Source: Methanoregula sp.
GTDB lineage: Archaea; Halobacteriota; Methanomicrobia; Methanomicrobiales; Methanospirillaceae
NCBI GenBank assembly: GCA_039698055.1
Contig: JBDKTL010000048.1
Coordinates: 1-64,000 of the forward strand
DNA length: 64,000 nt
Direction: 5' to 3'
Numbering within the stretch: position 1 is the first letter of the stretch; the number at the start of each line of letters is the position of its first letter. The notes under the pieces were generated by a model. The model was not told the DNA's origin. It did no database searches and was given only the letters and a program-made list of their open reading frames with translations. Shown piece after piece: positions 41,134 through 51,219 of this stretch. The position numbers and the translations under genes are program-made.

Positions 41134-42276
41134 TTAAGAGATATCAGAAATAATCTCACGGATAATTAATTCTGATAATGCGTTGTTAAGGCACGGGAGG
41201 ATTGATTCCTGCGCAGGATTTGATTCTCTTTCTCCACCAATAATTTTTTCAAGACTAAAGCCCTCACGGATCAAACGGCAGGCAATCATTCTTGCTTCGT
41301 GTTCCGGCAGCAAATTCCATTCCACTTCATCAACGATGTGGAGGATTGCTGATACCAGTATAACAAGCTCCGGCTCCCGTGCTTTTTTTTGTAAAACCCC
41401 CATGAAATTTTCTTTTGACAGGATTTCTGGCATCATTTCCTTACATCGCACCACTGCCACATTCCAGATATCCTCCTCCGTCACGCCAAACCGGGACAAC
41501 CTCACCAGTACATCCCGCTGTGATTCGGGCGAGAGACCCGTCTCCATCTTCAGTGCGGCAGTGGTTGCATTTATCAGAGTCCTCCCGATTAACTCTCCAA
41601 GTTTTGAATGCTTCCCCGAATCGGATAGATGGATGGCCGAACCAGGATCGGCAACGATAGTGATCATATCTGTGCCGGACCCGGTGGCGAGACCGGTCGA
41701 ATAGATGCTCCGGGCCATCAATTGCTGGAGAGCCGCAGCCTTTGCTTCGGTAGCAGTCATCAGTGCCCGTGTCATGGCATATTCAGGAAGACTGGCATTG
41801 ATGAGAAGAATGGTGTTGATTGTACCGCCGACCGGCTCAAATGACTCGCCATTCTCATAATATGAGGCCGGGTCCCCGGCCCTCCCACCGTTCTTGTCGA
41901 TTCCTGCAGTCACAATCGCACAGACCCGGAGACCCCGAAACGACTCATTGACTATTATCGTATTCTTCATCTCTGCCCGGGTGACAAGGCCAGTCGCGGT
42001 TTCCGGGTCAAGTCCCAGATCCTGTGCAACACTTTTAAGGTACCGCAGCACGCTCCCGCCAGTATGGCAGGCATCACAGGCCTCAAGGGAGATCTGGTGG
42101 TTGAAGACTGCCGTCAGGTCTTCCCGGTATCCCCCGTTCATCCACGAAGTGGAGAGCACATTCCGCTGGCCGGGAAACCGGATAGTAACTGAATCGTCAG
42201 TACGCGTTATTGTCTCTCCACCGGCAAGGCGGACAGGTTGTTGTAAGGGCAGGATAATTTCATTGCTGTGCATCAT
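41134..42276 (-). CDS. cbiZ: Adenosylcobinamide amidohydrolase
   Basis: LSTSWMNGG..VFNH, TAGI..N..RAGDPA, GTINTI, TATEAK, ATGSGTD, GKHSKLGE. Confidence 0.88.
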   Translation of the reverse strand: MMHSNEIILPLQQPVRLAGGETITRTDDSVTIRFPGQRNVLSTSWMNGGYREDLTAVFNHQISLEACDACHTGGSVLRYLKSVAQDLGLDPETATGLVTRAEMKNTIIVNESFRGLRVCAIVTAGIDKNGGRAGDPASYYENGESFEPVGGTINTILLINASLPEYAMTRALMTATEAKAAALQQLMARSIYSTGLATGSGTDMITIVADPGSAIHLSDSGKHSKLGELIGRTLINATTAALKMETGLSPESQRDVLVRLSRFGVTEEDIWNVAVVRCKEMMPEILSKENFMGVLQKKAREPELVILVSAILHIVDEVEWNLLPEHEARMIACRLIREGFSLEKIIGGERESNPAQESILPCLNNALSELIIREIISDIS

Positions 42277-42288
42277 ATCACCACCATC

Positions 42289-43320
42289 CTAAAATCTCCT
42301 TACCAAGGCAAGGGTAATAAGTCCGGCTATTGCCGCGAACACGGTGAACCCCGGGGTTTTCGCGGTAGACTGCAGCACACTTCCGGCCTGCGATGCGGTA
42401 CGCTCGTCATTTACCGTATGGATAATTTTTGCCACCTGCTCAATTGCATCGACGATCCGGGGTCCGGCCCGGCTGATTGCATCCGCATTTACGGAATATA
42501 TATGTTTATTTTTCACGGCCGAGAGCGATGCATACTGCGGATTGGTTAAAAACGCATCAAGGATTACGTCTTTGGCCCAGGGATCCATCCCGTCTCCCCC
42601 GCTCACGATGATAATATCAGGGTTTCTCACCAGGAACTCCTCAAGCGGGACCGTATTCCAGCCATCCTTGTCGGAAAAAATATTGGTGCCGCCGGAGGCA
42701 ACGATCACATCGTTCTGGAGCGTGTCATTGCCGCTGACGTAGAGGGGGTCATGCCAGACCACGTGGGCAACGGTCGGCCGGTATGACAAAGAAGATGACG
42801 GGACTGCTGCTGCAATACGGTTTAAAAGATTTGCCGACAATTGGTCTGCCTGTATGCCAGTACCGGTAACGTTTCCGACTACACGGATATCACGAATAAC
42901 ATCGTCGATGTTTCTGGGTGCGATGACCATGACCGTGAGATCAATCTCACGGAGCCGGGATACCGTTTCCTGTGGCGTGATATCCGATGCGATAACAAGG
43001 TCAGGACGGGCAGCGACAACCTTCTCAATGCTGATGGCAGAGTAGCCCCCAATATGAGTAATATTTTTTACCTCCGGGGGATAATTGCAGACATCGGTCA
43101 CCCCCACTACCCGGTCAAGAAGCCCAAGAGCGGCAAGGATTTCGGTATTGGACGGTGCAAGCGAGACGATGCGTGTTGGCGTAGCATTGAGGGTTATCAC
43201 CGTCCCGGCATCATCGGTTATCGTGATTGCCGATGTGGGCATGATACCACATACCAATGCAATTGCAATAACCATCAGGACAATGACAGGTTTTTTTGGA
43301 ATACTATGTGCAGGATTCAT
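42289..43320 (-). CDS. btuF: Cobalamin-binding protein BtuF with PGF-CTERM sorting signal
   Basis: RIVSLAPSNTEIL, VVGVTDVCNYP, SRAGPRI. C-terminal TPGF + TM + RRF. Confidence 0.85.
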   Translation of the reverse strand: MNPAHSIPKKPVIVLMVIAIALVCGIMPTSAITITDDAGTVITLNATPTRIVSLAPSNTEILAALGLLDRVVGVTDVCNYPPEVKNITHIGGYSAISIEKVVAARPDLVIASDITPQETVSRLREIDLTVMVIAPRNIDDVIRDIRVVGNVTGTGIQADQLSANLLNRIAAAVPSSSLSYRPTVAHVVWHDPLYVSGNDTLQNDVIVASGGTNIFSDKDGWNTVPLEEFLVRNPDIIIVSGGDGMDPWAKDVILDAFLTNPQYASLSAVKNKHIYSVNADAISRAGPRIVDAIEQVAKIIHTVNDERTASQAGSVLQSTAKTPGFTVFAAIAGLITLALVRRF

Positions 43321-44069
43321 GAGTGTTCTCCATTCATAATTGATGAAAGAAACCCAATGCTCCGGTCAGCAGCAGCAAGTTCCCGGGTCTCCACGACAAG
43401 GGATACTTGCTTTGGAAGTTGCGATACCAGGCCGGAAAAATCGATCGTCCCATCACCGCACGCGAGATGATCGTCGCTTGTCCCGCCATTGTCGTGGAGG
43501 TGGACATGGCAATACATTCCTGCGGCAAGGAACGCATCAAGATTCCCGTTAAGCTGTGCATGGCCGCAGTCAAGCGTAAAAGCCAGGCCACGTTCTGAGA
43601 GTTCGGGAAGAAAATCCGGTGTCCGGAAATGGCAGCAGTCCCAACCCCCCATGTTCTCGACACAGACTTTAACACCGTGCTCATCCTGAAGAAGAGTCAG
43701 ATCATCCAGCGACCGCATCAGTGACTCGTGTGAACGGCCATGTACCTGATCATAGACAGAATAGCCCGGGTGAACGACGAGATGCTCTGCGCCAATGCGG
43801 GCACAGACCGCCATCACATCGCTAAGTACGGCGATCGAAGATCGCCGCATACGCTCGTTGACCGCTGCAATATTGACGTCGCTTGCCGGAGCATGGACGG
43901 AATACGTGAACGGGTATTCGCTGCACGGGGTGCTGTCTGACAGGAGATCGTGCAGCCCGTCGGAGAGGATTTCAATATGCGATGTGTGAGGGGCAAGGAT
44001 GGCGAGTGCCTCCTTAAGCGGACGGTCCATACAGCAGAATGTGGATATGAAAAAGGGCCTTTTATTCAT
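43317..44069 (-). CDS. AP endonuclease 2 / xylose isomerase-like TIM-barrel metalloenzyme (candidate CbiR-like cobamide remodeller)
   Basis: SVHAP, VHPG, VENM, DCGHA, HLHDN, DDH, E motifs. Embedded in the btu-cbiZ operon. Confidence 0.8.
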   Translation of the reverse strand: MNKRPFFISTFCCMDRPLKEALAILAPHTSHIEILSDGLHDLLSDSTPCSEYPFTYSVHAPASDVNIAAVNERMRRSSIAVLSDVMAVCARIGAEHLVVHPGYSVYDQVHGRSHESLMRSLDDLTLLQDEHGVKVCVENMGGWDCCHFRTPDFLPELSERGLAFTLDCGHAQLNGNLDAFLAAGMYCHVHLHDNGGTSDDHLACGDGTIDFSGLVSQLPKQVSLVVETRELAAADRSIGFLSSIMNGEHS

Positions 44070-44078
44070 GGTTCACTC

Positions 44079-45359
44079 TCATTTAGGTTCGTTCTTGCAG
44101 GACACTTTGTCCAGGTATTCGATGATCCCTTCAAAACTGCCGGTACACTGTGCACCGGCAGTGCAAAGGCCTGAAAGTGCGGCGACAGCGGCTCCTTTTA
44201 CAAAATCGTACGATGAAAAATCACGGCCTTCTGGCAGGTGGATAATGATCCGTGCCGGATCCGTCTCGCGGAGCATTGCAAGAACCGGAAGGTTGCCGGT
44301 CCCTACCGGATGAGAGGAAAGAATGAGGGGGTCTTTACGGGAGAGCAGGGCACGGAATTTTTCAAGGGAATGGTGAGGGATTTGCGAGAAGGGAAGGACC
44401 GGGATGCACGGGATGTTTAATGCTTTTGCCGTGAGGTAATCGGTATCTGTGGTTGCAATGATGCCCGCCGTGATATTGTATCCTTTACGGAAAAGGAAGT
44501 GCATGAGGTCAGTACCACTTCCCCCGCCGGAGATCACAACTATGTCCCGAATTTTATCCGGAGTGATATCCCTGTTTACGGTGGCAAGGGGCATCAGGAA
44601 GGTCCGGCCGGTAGCCGGGTGGACTGAAGTGATAACGTCCGCCCCATAGACCTCACGGATTTTTTCGGGCGTCAGGACTTTTGTGGGCATCCCGTCAACG
44701 ACAACACGGCCATCCTTGATCATGATAAGCCGGTCGCAGTAGAGTGCAGCCATGTTGAGGTCGTGGAATACCCCGATAATAGTGGAGCCTGACCCGGCCA
44801 GACCACGCATGAGCGACAGGACATCGGACTGGTGGGAGAGGTCAAGGTGCGATGTCGGCTCGTCAAGGAGGAGCACTTTTGTCTCCTGCGCAAGGGCACG
44901 TGCGATGAGCACACGCTGCCACTCCCCGCCGCTTAAGGTCCGGATTGAACGGTCGGCCAGGTGAGCGACGCCGGTCTCTTCAAGGGCCCGGTGGCACCGG
45001 GCATAATCGTCCGGTGCGAGCGCGGTAAATCTGCTGGTCCGGGCATACCGGGCCATCATGACGACCTGCAACACCGTATAAGAGAACGGGCGCCCTTCAT
45101 CCTGCGGGACAAAACCAAGCGCCATACCCAGTTCGGCCGGGGTATAATCGCTGACCGACTTTCCATCCAGTTCAAGGATACCGCTTGAGGGGATTACACG
45201 GCTGAACGCTTTAAGAAGAGTGGTTTTCCCCGAACCGTTTGGCCCGATGATGCCCGTAAAGGTACCTTCAGAAAACGAGCAGCTGACGGATTTTATGATA
45301 TCCACCATGTCGTAACCGGCATTGAGGTTCTCTGCGGTGATGTTGTGCCGGTCGTTCAT
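44079..45359 (-). CDS. btuD: BtuD-like ABC ATPase with C-terminal extension
   Basis: GPNGSGKTT, LSGGEWQR, DEPTSHLD, HDLN, plus about 160 extra residues (VISGGGSG..TTDTD..PFS). Confidence 0.85.
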   Translation of the reverse strand: MNDRHNITAENLNAGYDMVDIIKSVSCSFSEGTFTGIIGPNGSGKTTLLKAFSRVIPSSGILELDGKSVSDYTPAELGMALGFVPQDEGRPFSYTVLQVVMMARYARTSRFTALAPDDYARCHRALEETGVAHLADRSIRTLSGGEWQRVLIARALAQETKVLLLDEPTSHLDLSHQSDVLSLMRGLAGSGSTIIGVFHDLNMAALYCDRLIMIKDGRVVVDGMPTKVLTPEKIREVYGADVITSVHPATGRTFLMPLATVNRDITPDKIRDIVVISGGGSGTDLMHFLFRKGYNITAGIIATTDTDYLTAKALNIPCIPVLPFSQIPHHSLEKFRALLSRKDPLILSSHPVGTGNLPVLAMLRETDPARIIIHLPEGRDFSSYDFVKGAAVAALSGLCTAGAQCTGSFEGIIEYLDKVSCKNEPK

Positions 45360-46303
45360 GTGGCCGTCCCCCGCTGGTAGATCAGCCAGATGAAGAACGG
45401 CGCACCGACAAACGCCGTAATGATCCCGACCGGCAGGTCAGAGAAAAACGTGCGGGCAATCGTGTCGGACAGGACAAGGAAAATTCCCCCTACAAGAATT
45501 GAAGCAGGGATGACGACCCGGTTGTCCGGGCCGATCAGCATCCGGACGATGTGCGGGGTGACCAACCCGATGAACCCAATCGATCCGGCAATTGAGACTG
45601 CCCCGGCGACAAGTATGGTGCTGCCGCCAAGCACTACCCAGCGTGCCCGTCCCGCATCAATGCCAAGGTGGGCGGCCGTTTCCTCGCCAAGCGAGAGGGC
45701 ATTGAGGTCCCGGCCCATGAAGAAGAGGAGTGCTCCTGCGGGGATGAGGATGCAGGCCGAGAGGATTGCATCGGATGGTGACGCGTTCCAGAAACCGCCC
45801 ATGAGCCAGAAGAGGATCTGGTGGACATTCTGGCCGGCTACTGCGATGAGGAACGAGACGAGTGCAGAAAAGAAGAACGAGACAGCGATGCCGGTAAGAA
45901 GCAGCGTCTCGACCGAGATTACACCTTTACGCCCGGCAATTGCCCAGACGATCAGGATAGCTACGACAGCGCCAATCCACGCAAAGATTGGGACGAAGAA
46001 CCCGCCAAGGAATACGATTGCCAAGGAAGCTCCAAGCGCCCCACCGGACGAGGTACCGAGGATGTACGGATCGGCCATTGGGTTCCTGAAGAGCGCCTGC
46101 ATCGCGGCACCGGCAACGGCAAGGCTTGCACCGACAAAAAATGCAGCGAGAACCCGGGGGAGCCGGATACTACCCACGATGTCAGCAGCCCCGGGTGCAG
46201 TAGAAACAAAACCGAATCCTGCCGGACCGGTAAACGTGCAGAGTATGATGGTCAGGATGGCTGCGATTATCAGGCCGATGATAAGAGGGATGGTTTTGGT
46301 CAA
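45356..46303 (-). CDS. btuC: BtuC-like ABC permease
   Basis: RLPRV, QALFRNPMADPYILGTSSG, GSIGFIGLVTPH, LPVG. TTG start preceded by GGAGTGA. Confidence 0.88.
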   Translation of the reverse strand: MTKTIPLIIGLIIAAILTIILCTFTGPAGFGFVSTAPGAADIVGSIRLPRVLAAFFVGASLAVAGAAMQALFRNPMADPYILGTSSGGALGASLAIVFLGGFFVPIFAWIGAVVAILIVWAIAGRKGVISVETLLLTGIAVSFFFSALVSFLIAVAGQNVHQILFWLMGGFWNASPSDAILSACILIPAGALLFFMGRDLNALSLGEETAAHLGIDAGRARWVVLGGSTILVAGAVSIAGSIGFIGLVTPHIVRMLIGPDNRVVIPASILVGGIFLVLSDTIARTFFSDLPVGIITAFVGAPFFIWLIYQRGTAT

Positions 46304-46493
46304 AGCGGCTCATCACTCCATTTAGGTTTTGGTTTGCCGGATCATTCTTTGGGGGAAAGCCGGCGATGCACGTCCCTGGGATATGCGAAAACTGCCAATT
46401 GGGCGTGCCGGAGTTCAGTCGGTCGTCCGGCACGGCCGGTCACACCATAATAGTTTGTTCGTGAACAGACCAGGGCCGTAATTATCCCACCCG

Positions 46494-46859
46494 TTATGCT
46501 GCCTTTCCCGCAAGTGAGCGCTCCTGCATGAGAGCAAAACGGACAAATGCATCTCCGTCTTTAAGGGGTTCGGTTGCAAGCGATCTGTCGGCATCAGCGT
46601 CCGAACGGTACATCCGCACGTTGTTGCTTTCCTGCGCCGGGCATGAGTACCGGACTTCGAGCGGGTTCTCGTGCCCGTGAAGGCCGGGTTTGCGGGAATA
46701 GTTGTAGGCAAATGCAACTGCCCACTGGTTTTCCTGCATGTCGACATAGACTGTTCCAAAGAGATTCTGGTTGTCGTGCCGGATCATCACTTCATTTTCA
46801 AACTTCTCGATTTCCTGCTTTGTTGCCGGTTGTGGTTTGAATCCAAAAAATTTTGACAT
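46494..46859 (-). CDS. Hypothetical protein, 121 aa
   Basis: GAGGT RBS upstream, protein-like composition, no recognised motif. Confidence 0.7.
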   Translation of the reverse strand: MSKFFGFKPQPATKQEIEKFENEVMIRHDNQNLFGTVYVDMQENQWAVAFAYNYSRKPGLHGHENPLEVRYSCPAQESNNVRMYRSDADADRSLATEPLKDGDAFVRFALMQERSLAGKAA

Positions 46860-47002
46860 TTGTTTACCTCACGCGTTTCGTTTGTGGTGTTTATCGTTCC
46901 GGATCATTCATGTCCTCTAAAAATCCCCGGGGCCGGGTGCAGGTGGCACCCGAGGATTGTAACGGGGAACAAGGGGAAAAAATAATAATTTCATCTCCCT
47001 CA

Positions 47003-47506
47003 TTATGGCAGGATGGTAGTCTGCGCTGTTGCGATCACTTTTCCGCTTCCTGAATCGTAGATCTCGATATTGACGGGTTCGCCGACAGATGGAGCCATAT
47101 ATCCTCCAAATGATGAGGCTGCAAAAGCATCTGCCCAATCGATTTTTATCTTGTCACCGGGCTGGATGGTCGTGTAAGTGATACCAACAGTATTTGTTGG
47201 CAGGTATGTCACATTATTCAGGTTAACCTGATGGCTGACATCCTTAAATAAGCCTGATGGAATGAATGTCTTGATAGTGATTGTACCACCACTGATGGGA
47301 TCACCACCGTTGTGATCAATATAGATTGATTCATCATTGTGCGCTTCCAGACCGATGTTTATCTGAGGTGTTTTTGATGTTGTCTGCGCCATTCCTCCGG
47401 AAAACGCACTTACAACCGCAGCGATGATGATGGTCACAACGAGCATCAGCATCACGCCAACAACAGGTGACACAGCCATTTCATGGGTATCGTTTTTTTG
47501 CATCAT
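47003..47506 (-). CDS. Archaeal type IV pilin (DUF1628, class III signal peptide)
   Basis: AVSPVVGVMLMLVVTIIIAAVVSAF, HNGGDPI. Confidence 0.9.
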   Translation of the reverse strand: MMQKNDTHEMAVSPVVGVMLMLVVTIIIAAVVSAFSGGMAQTTSKTPQINIGLEAHNDESIYIDHNGGDPISGGTITIKTFIPSGLFKDVSHQVNLNNVTYLPTNTVGITYTTIQPGDKIKIDWADAFAASSFGGYMAPSVGEPVNIEIYDSGSGKVIATAQTTILP

Positions 47507-48273
47507 TACATCTCCACAAGAATATCTTTACTGTAAATGGTTGAGCCGGATTTCAAATCGATCAGCTTGACATTAACAATGTCATTGGCCGTGAGCAGGT
47601 TTCCGTCTTTTATAATCGGCGTAGCTCTGTTCTGGGCATCTCCCGTGCCTGCTACCGTGTTATCATTGTCTGCCTTGATGGAGTCACCCGGACGCAGGAC
47701 ATAATTTCCAAACCAGAGACTGGTCTCTTCACCAGCATTATCCGCAGGCATGTCTCCTGCAACCATGAGATACGGTGCATTGTAGTAAATTTCTCCGCCA
47801 GGTGAATCATACCCGTCAACAGCTAAAGTTTTAGGTGTCGCAATATAGTGGGTATTGAGTGAAGAGAGCACATAGTGTGCTGTAGCAGTTGTGCCATCAG
47901 ACTTGTCATAATATAATTCGGTTCCGGTGCCATTGTACTTCGGAGCGGTTGTCGATTGAATATGATATTCCCCGGTAGCATTTGCCCAGCTTGTTACCAG
48001 TTTTACATCTTTTGTATTGATGGGGTCACCACCCAGATGTTTCATCGTAAACTGCGGGCCTGAGGTTCCCGTATACATCGCATCACCCCAGGTAATATGA
48101 CAATCCAACGAAGCCTGCGGCGCTTTTTCCTTACCAGCGGCTAGTCCACCGGAGAATGCACTGACTACCGCCGCAATAATAATCGTCACAACAAGCATCA
48201 GCATCACACCGACCACCGGTGAAACTGCATATTCCTGTACGTTTCTCTTAGTGTGTTTCATTTTCATCTCCAA
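47506..48273 (-). CDS. Archaeal type IV pilin (DUF1628)
   Basis: Same N-terminal helix as its neighbour, HLGGDPI. Confidence 0.9.
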   Translation of the reverse strand: MEMKMKHTKRNVQEYAVSPVVGVMLMLVVTIIIAAVVSAFSGGLAAGKEKAPQASLDCHITWGDAMYTGTSGPQFTMKHLGGDPINTKDVKLVTSWANATGEYHIQSTTAPKYNGTGTELYYDKSDGTTATAHYVLSSLNTHYIATPKTLAVDGYDSPGGEIYYNAPYLMVAGDMPADNAGEETSLWFGNYVLRPGDSIKADNDNTVAGTGDAQNRATPIIKDGNLLTANDIVNVKLIDLKSGSTIYSKDILVEM

Positions 48274-48477
48274 ATCCTTGCCATCATGCGATGGGTAAAG
48301 ACACCCGTGAAAGTATCAGTAACCACATGGTCCACCCGTAGATGACACGATCAACTCAGGTTGAATTAAAACTATTTAAATTGATCATTTTTAATTGAAT
48401 TAAAACAAATAGACTTTTGTCGATGCAGGTAGCATACACTGGTTATCGTCGAATCATCAGAATCATGGGGTACCACT

Positions 48478-49305
48478 ATGCCAATTAATTATGAACGCAA
48501 ACAAAAACCGGAAAACGGCCAAGAAAAAGCCATATACATTTTTTTCCTCATATCTCTGGTATTCATCTCAGTTGGTGCCTCCGGTTGCATCAAACTCATG
48601 CAGCAATCTTCCGGAAGCGGCAACACCCAGACTCTTGAGGTTCTGAACCCGGATCCCACAAAAACCATTCCCACTACAGCCCCCGTCATCGCTGCACGGG
48701 AAAATCTCCCCACTCACCCAATCCTTTCCGCCACCACCACAACACCCAACCTGGTTACGGACGCCCCACCCATCCTCCCCCCGGATCTCTATCCCATTCA
48801 ACATGGAACACGGATCAATACAACACCGGAAAGTAATCTGCTTGACAGGCCCCCTGAATTCACCAGAACATATACCCTCAACGATAATGCCACAGGTATG
48901 ATCGTGAACGTGGCAAAAGGCCCCCTTATCATTTCATTCGATGTCAATCCTTTGTATGACTGTATCGAAAACCCGGACTCCTGCCGGGGAACTCTGGCAA
49001 GATCAGTCAACCTCCCATGGATGACAATTACCGTACGGGATAACCAGACACGCGGGATCGTCGCGGAGGAGGGATATGCACGGGAATACAGCTCGCAAAA
49101 AAACAATCGCACGATCAAAATATTTGGTGAAGGCCAGTACCACATCACCCTGGCTGGTGCTTATCTCGATGTCACCATCTCCCTTATCACCGGCGCCGCA
49201 CCATCCGTTCCAGATGCGCAATCACCCTCTGCAAGTCCGGCCCATGGTAAGACATTGTCACCAGAATACCTTCGCTATCTCAGGCAGTCCCGGGGTGGTG
49301 TATGA
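48478..49305 (+). CDS. Putative lipoprotein, first gene of the pilus assembly operon
   Basis: Hydrophobic stretch + ASGC, Pro/Thr linker, beta domain. ATGA overlap with the ATPase. Confidence 0.7.
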   Translation: MPINYERKQKPENGQEKAIYIFFLISLVFISVGASGCIKLMQQSSGSGNTQTLEVLNPDPTKTIPTTAPVIAARENLPTHPILSATTTTPNLVTDAPPILPPDLYPIQHGTRINTTPESNLLDRPPEFTRTYTLNDNATGMIVNVAKGPLIISFDVNPLYDCIENPDSCRGTLARSVNLPWMTITVRDNQTRGIVAEEGYAREYSSQKNNRTIKIFGEGQYHITLAGAYLDVTISLITGAAPSVPDAQSPSASPAHGKTLSPEYLRYLRQSRGGV

Positions 49306-51218
49306 AAATCCGTAAAAGATGGTCCATGCTTGCCTCAACCATTTCAGCAGGTGTGACCGGGTTATTACCTTCAATGAGTATGGAACGAAACTTTCCTGCT
49401 GATACTGTTACAGAACAGTCAGGAGATAACCAAGCCTATACCCGATATCTCTTTTTTGGGAATCTATCTGCATCAATTCGCCGCCTGCCCCACACATTGG
49501 GTAACCGCACGGATCATGGAGATCTCCTTATCCTCGCGGTATGCCTTATCGCAGTTGTTACCGGTTATGCCGCACTCTTAATCGATTTCCCACCGGTTGT
49601 ATTAGGCATCCTCGGTGCGGTCTCGCTCTCTGCACTCGCACTCGTCTCCAGTGCAGTATGGTACCGGTTGCATCATTCCGTTGCAAAATCCATGGAACCT
49701 GCACTGATGGGAACGATTTCTCCACAGACTCTCAGGCACACCCCCACCCCCGGGAACGTCCCTCATACACATGATATGGATGTACCGCTCCCGGAAGAGC
49801 GGGCGGTTGGAACCCTTGACACCTACTGGATTGAAGCCCCCGATGTCTATATAAAAATTATCCGTAAGGGAAACCAGGGATTTACCTACACGGTTGTCGA
49901 ACCCACGATCACCCGAAGGGAACAGGTCGTGTTGCGGGAAACTTCCATTCACTTGCGTAAAGTGATCGTCTACGACGATCCCGATAAACCTCCGGTGCAC
50001 CAGCTCAGCAAGGAGTCGGTCTATCGCATCATACGTGAATTCCATCCGGATATAACTGACGACCGGCTCGCCATCCTCTCCTATTACCTGCGGCGCGATC
50101 TCTCGGGGTTTGGCCCGCTCGAAGCCCTCATGCATGATCCGGCTCTTGAAGACATCAGCTGCAACGGAGACAACATGCCGGTCTTTGTCTTTCACCGGAC
50201 CTGGGGCAGCCTGCCCACCAGTGTCCTCTTCCGGGAGGGCGAACTCGACCAGTTTGTCCTGAAACTTGCACAGAAAGCCAACAAGCAGATCTCCCTGACA
50301 ACCCCGATGGTGGATGCAACCCTCCCGGGAGGCTCACGAGTCCAGGTCACGTACAGCAATGTCGTATCCCTGCGGGGCAGCTCGTTTACAATCCGTAAGT
50401 TTCGCACCGAGCCGATGACACCGCTTGACCTGATCCGGTTCGGGACGTACAACGCCGAGATTCTCGCGTTCCTCTGGCTGGTTATCGAGCACCGCAGGAG
50501 CCTGATCATTGCCGGGGGTACTGCAAGCGGCAAGACCTCGACAATGAATGCAATCTCGCTTTTCATTCCGCAGAACGCGAAGATCGTATCCCTTGAAGAT
50601 ACTCACGAGATCCAACTCCCTCACAGTAACTGGCTTGCCACCCAGACACGGGAACTCAACACGCACGGGGTCCAGGGCGACATCGATCTCTTCTCGCTTT
50701 TAAAATCCTCCATGCGACAGCGCCCCGAGTACATTATCGTCGGGGAAGTGAGAGGAAAAGAGGCCCAGACGCTCTTCCAGGCAATGAACACCGGGCATGC
50801 CACCCTGTCCACAATCCACGCGGGCAGCGTGCAGGAAACAATCAACCGGCTCACCCATGAGCCCATCAGTGTGCCCCCGGTCATGTTTACCGCGCTCGAT
50901 CTGGTAATCAACCAGTCGATCTCCACGTACGGCAACCGTCGGATACGCCGCTGTCTCGCCATCCATGAAATAACCGTGGATGGGCAAGGCACCATCATCC
51001 CCCATAAATTGTATGAATGGGATGTTCACGGAGATTCTTTCCGGAAAGTGTCTTTGTCCTCCCGGGTGCTCGAAGAAATTGCAACCATGCGGGGATGGAC
51101 ACAGGAGCAGGCCAATGAAGCCCTTAAAAAACGTGAGGAGTTCCTGAACATCGCCCTCGATGTTCCCATACCGGACATTCGCGATCTCGCCAATGCGATC
51201 CACGATCTCGGTGAATGA
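49302..51218 (+). CDS. Type II/IV secretion/pilus assembly ATPase (PilB/FlaI-like) with N-terminal TM segments
   Basis: LEDISCNG, SFTIRKF, GGTASGKTS, EDTHE, MRQRPEYIIVGEVRG, NTGH..STIHA. Confidence 0.93.
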   Translation: MKIRKRWSMLASTISAGVTGLLPSMSMERNFPADTVTEQSGDNQAYTRYLFFGNLSASIRRLPHTLGNRTDHGDLLILAVCLIAVVTGYAALLIDFPPVVLGILGAVSLSALALVSSAVWYRLHHSVAKSMEPALMGTISPQTLRHTPTPGNVPHTHDMDVPLPEERAVGTLDTYWIEAPDVYIKIIRKGNQGFTYTVVEPTITRREQVVLRETSIHLRKVIVYDDPDKPPVHQLSKESVYRIIREFHPDITDDRLAILSYYLRRDLSGFGPLEALMHDPALEDISCNGDNMPVFVFHRTWGSLPTSVLFREGELDQFVLKLAQKANKQISLTTPMVDATLPGGSRVQVTYSNVVSLRGSSFTIRKFRTEPMTPLDLIRFGTYNAEILAFLWLVIEHRRSLIIAGGTASGKTSTMNAISLFIPQNAKIVSLEDTHEIQLPHSNWLATQTRELNTHGVQGDIDLFSLLKSSMRQRPEYIIVGEVRGKEAQTLFQAMNTGHATLSTIHAGSVQETINRLTHEPISVPPVMFTALDLVINQSISTYGNRRIRRCLAIHEITVDGQGTIIPHKLYEWDVHGDSFRKVSLSSRVLEEIATMRGWTQEQANEALKKREEFLNIALDVPIPDIRDLANAIHDLGE

Positions 51219-51219
51219 T

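Noticed and set aside
46310-46490. Canonical cobalamin riboswitch
   Set aside because: No B12-box or conserved GGGAA core was seen; kept only as a generic structured-leader finding.
47506-48273. Pilin as an aromatic-rich conductive e-pilin
   Set aside because: About 20 F/W/Y in 255 aa by my count is not exceptional, and there is no other support.
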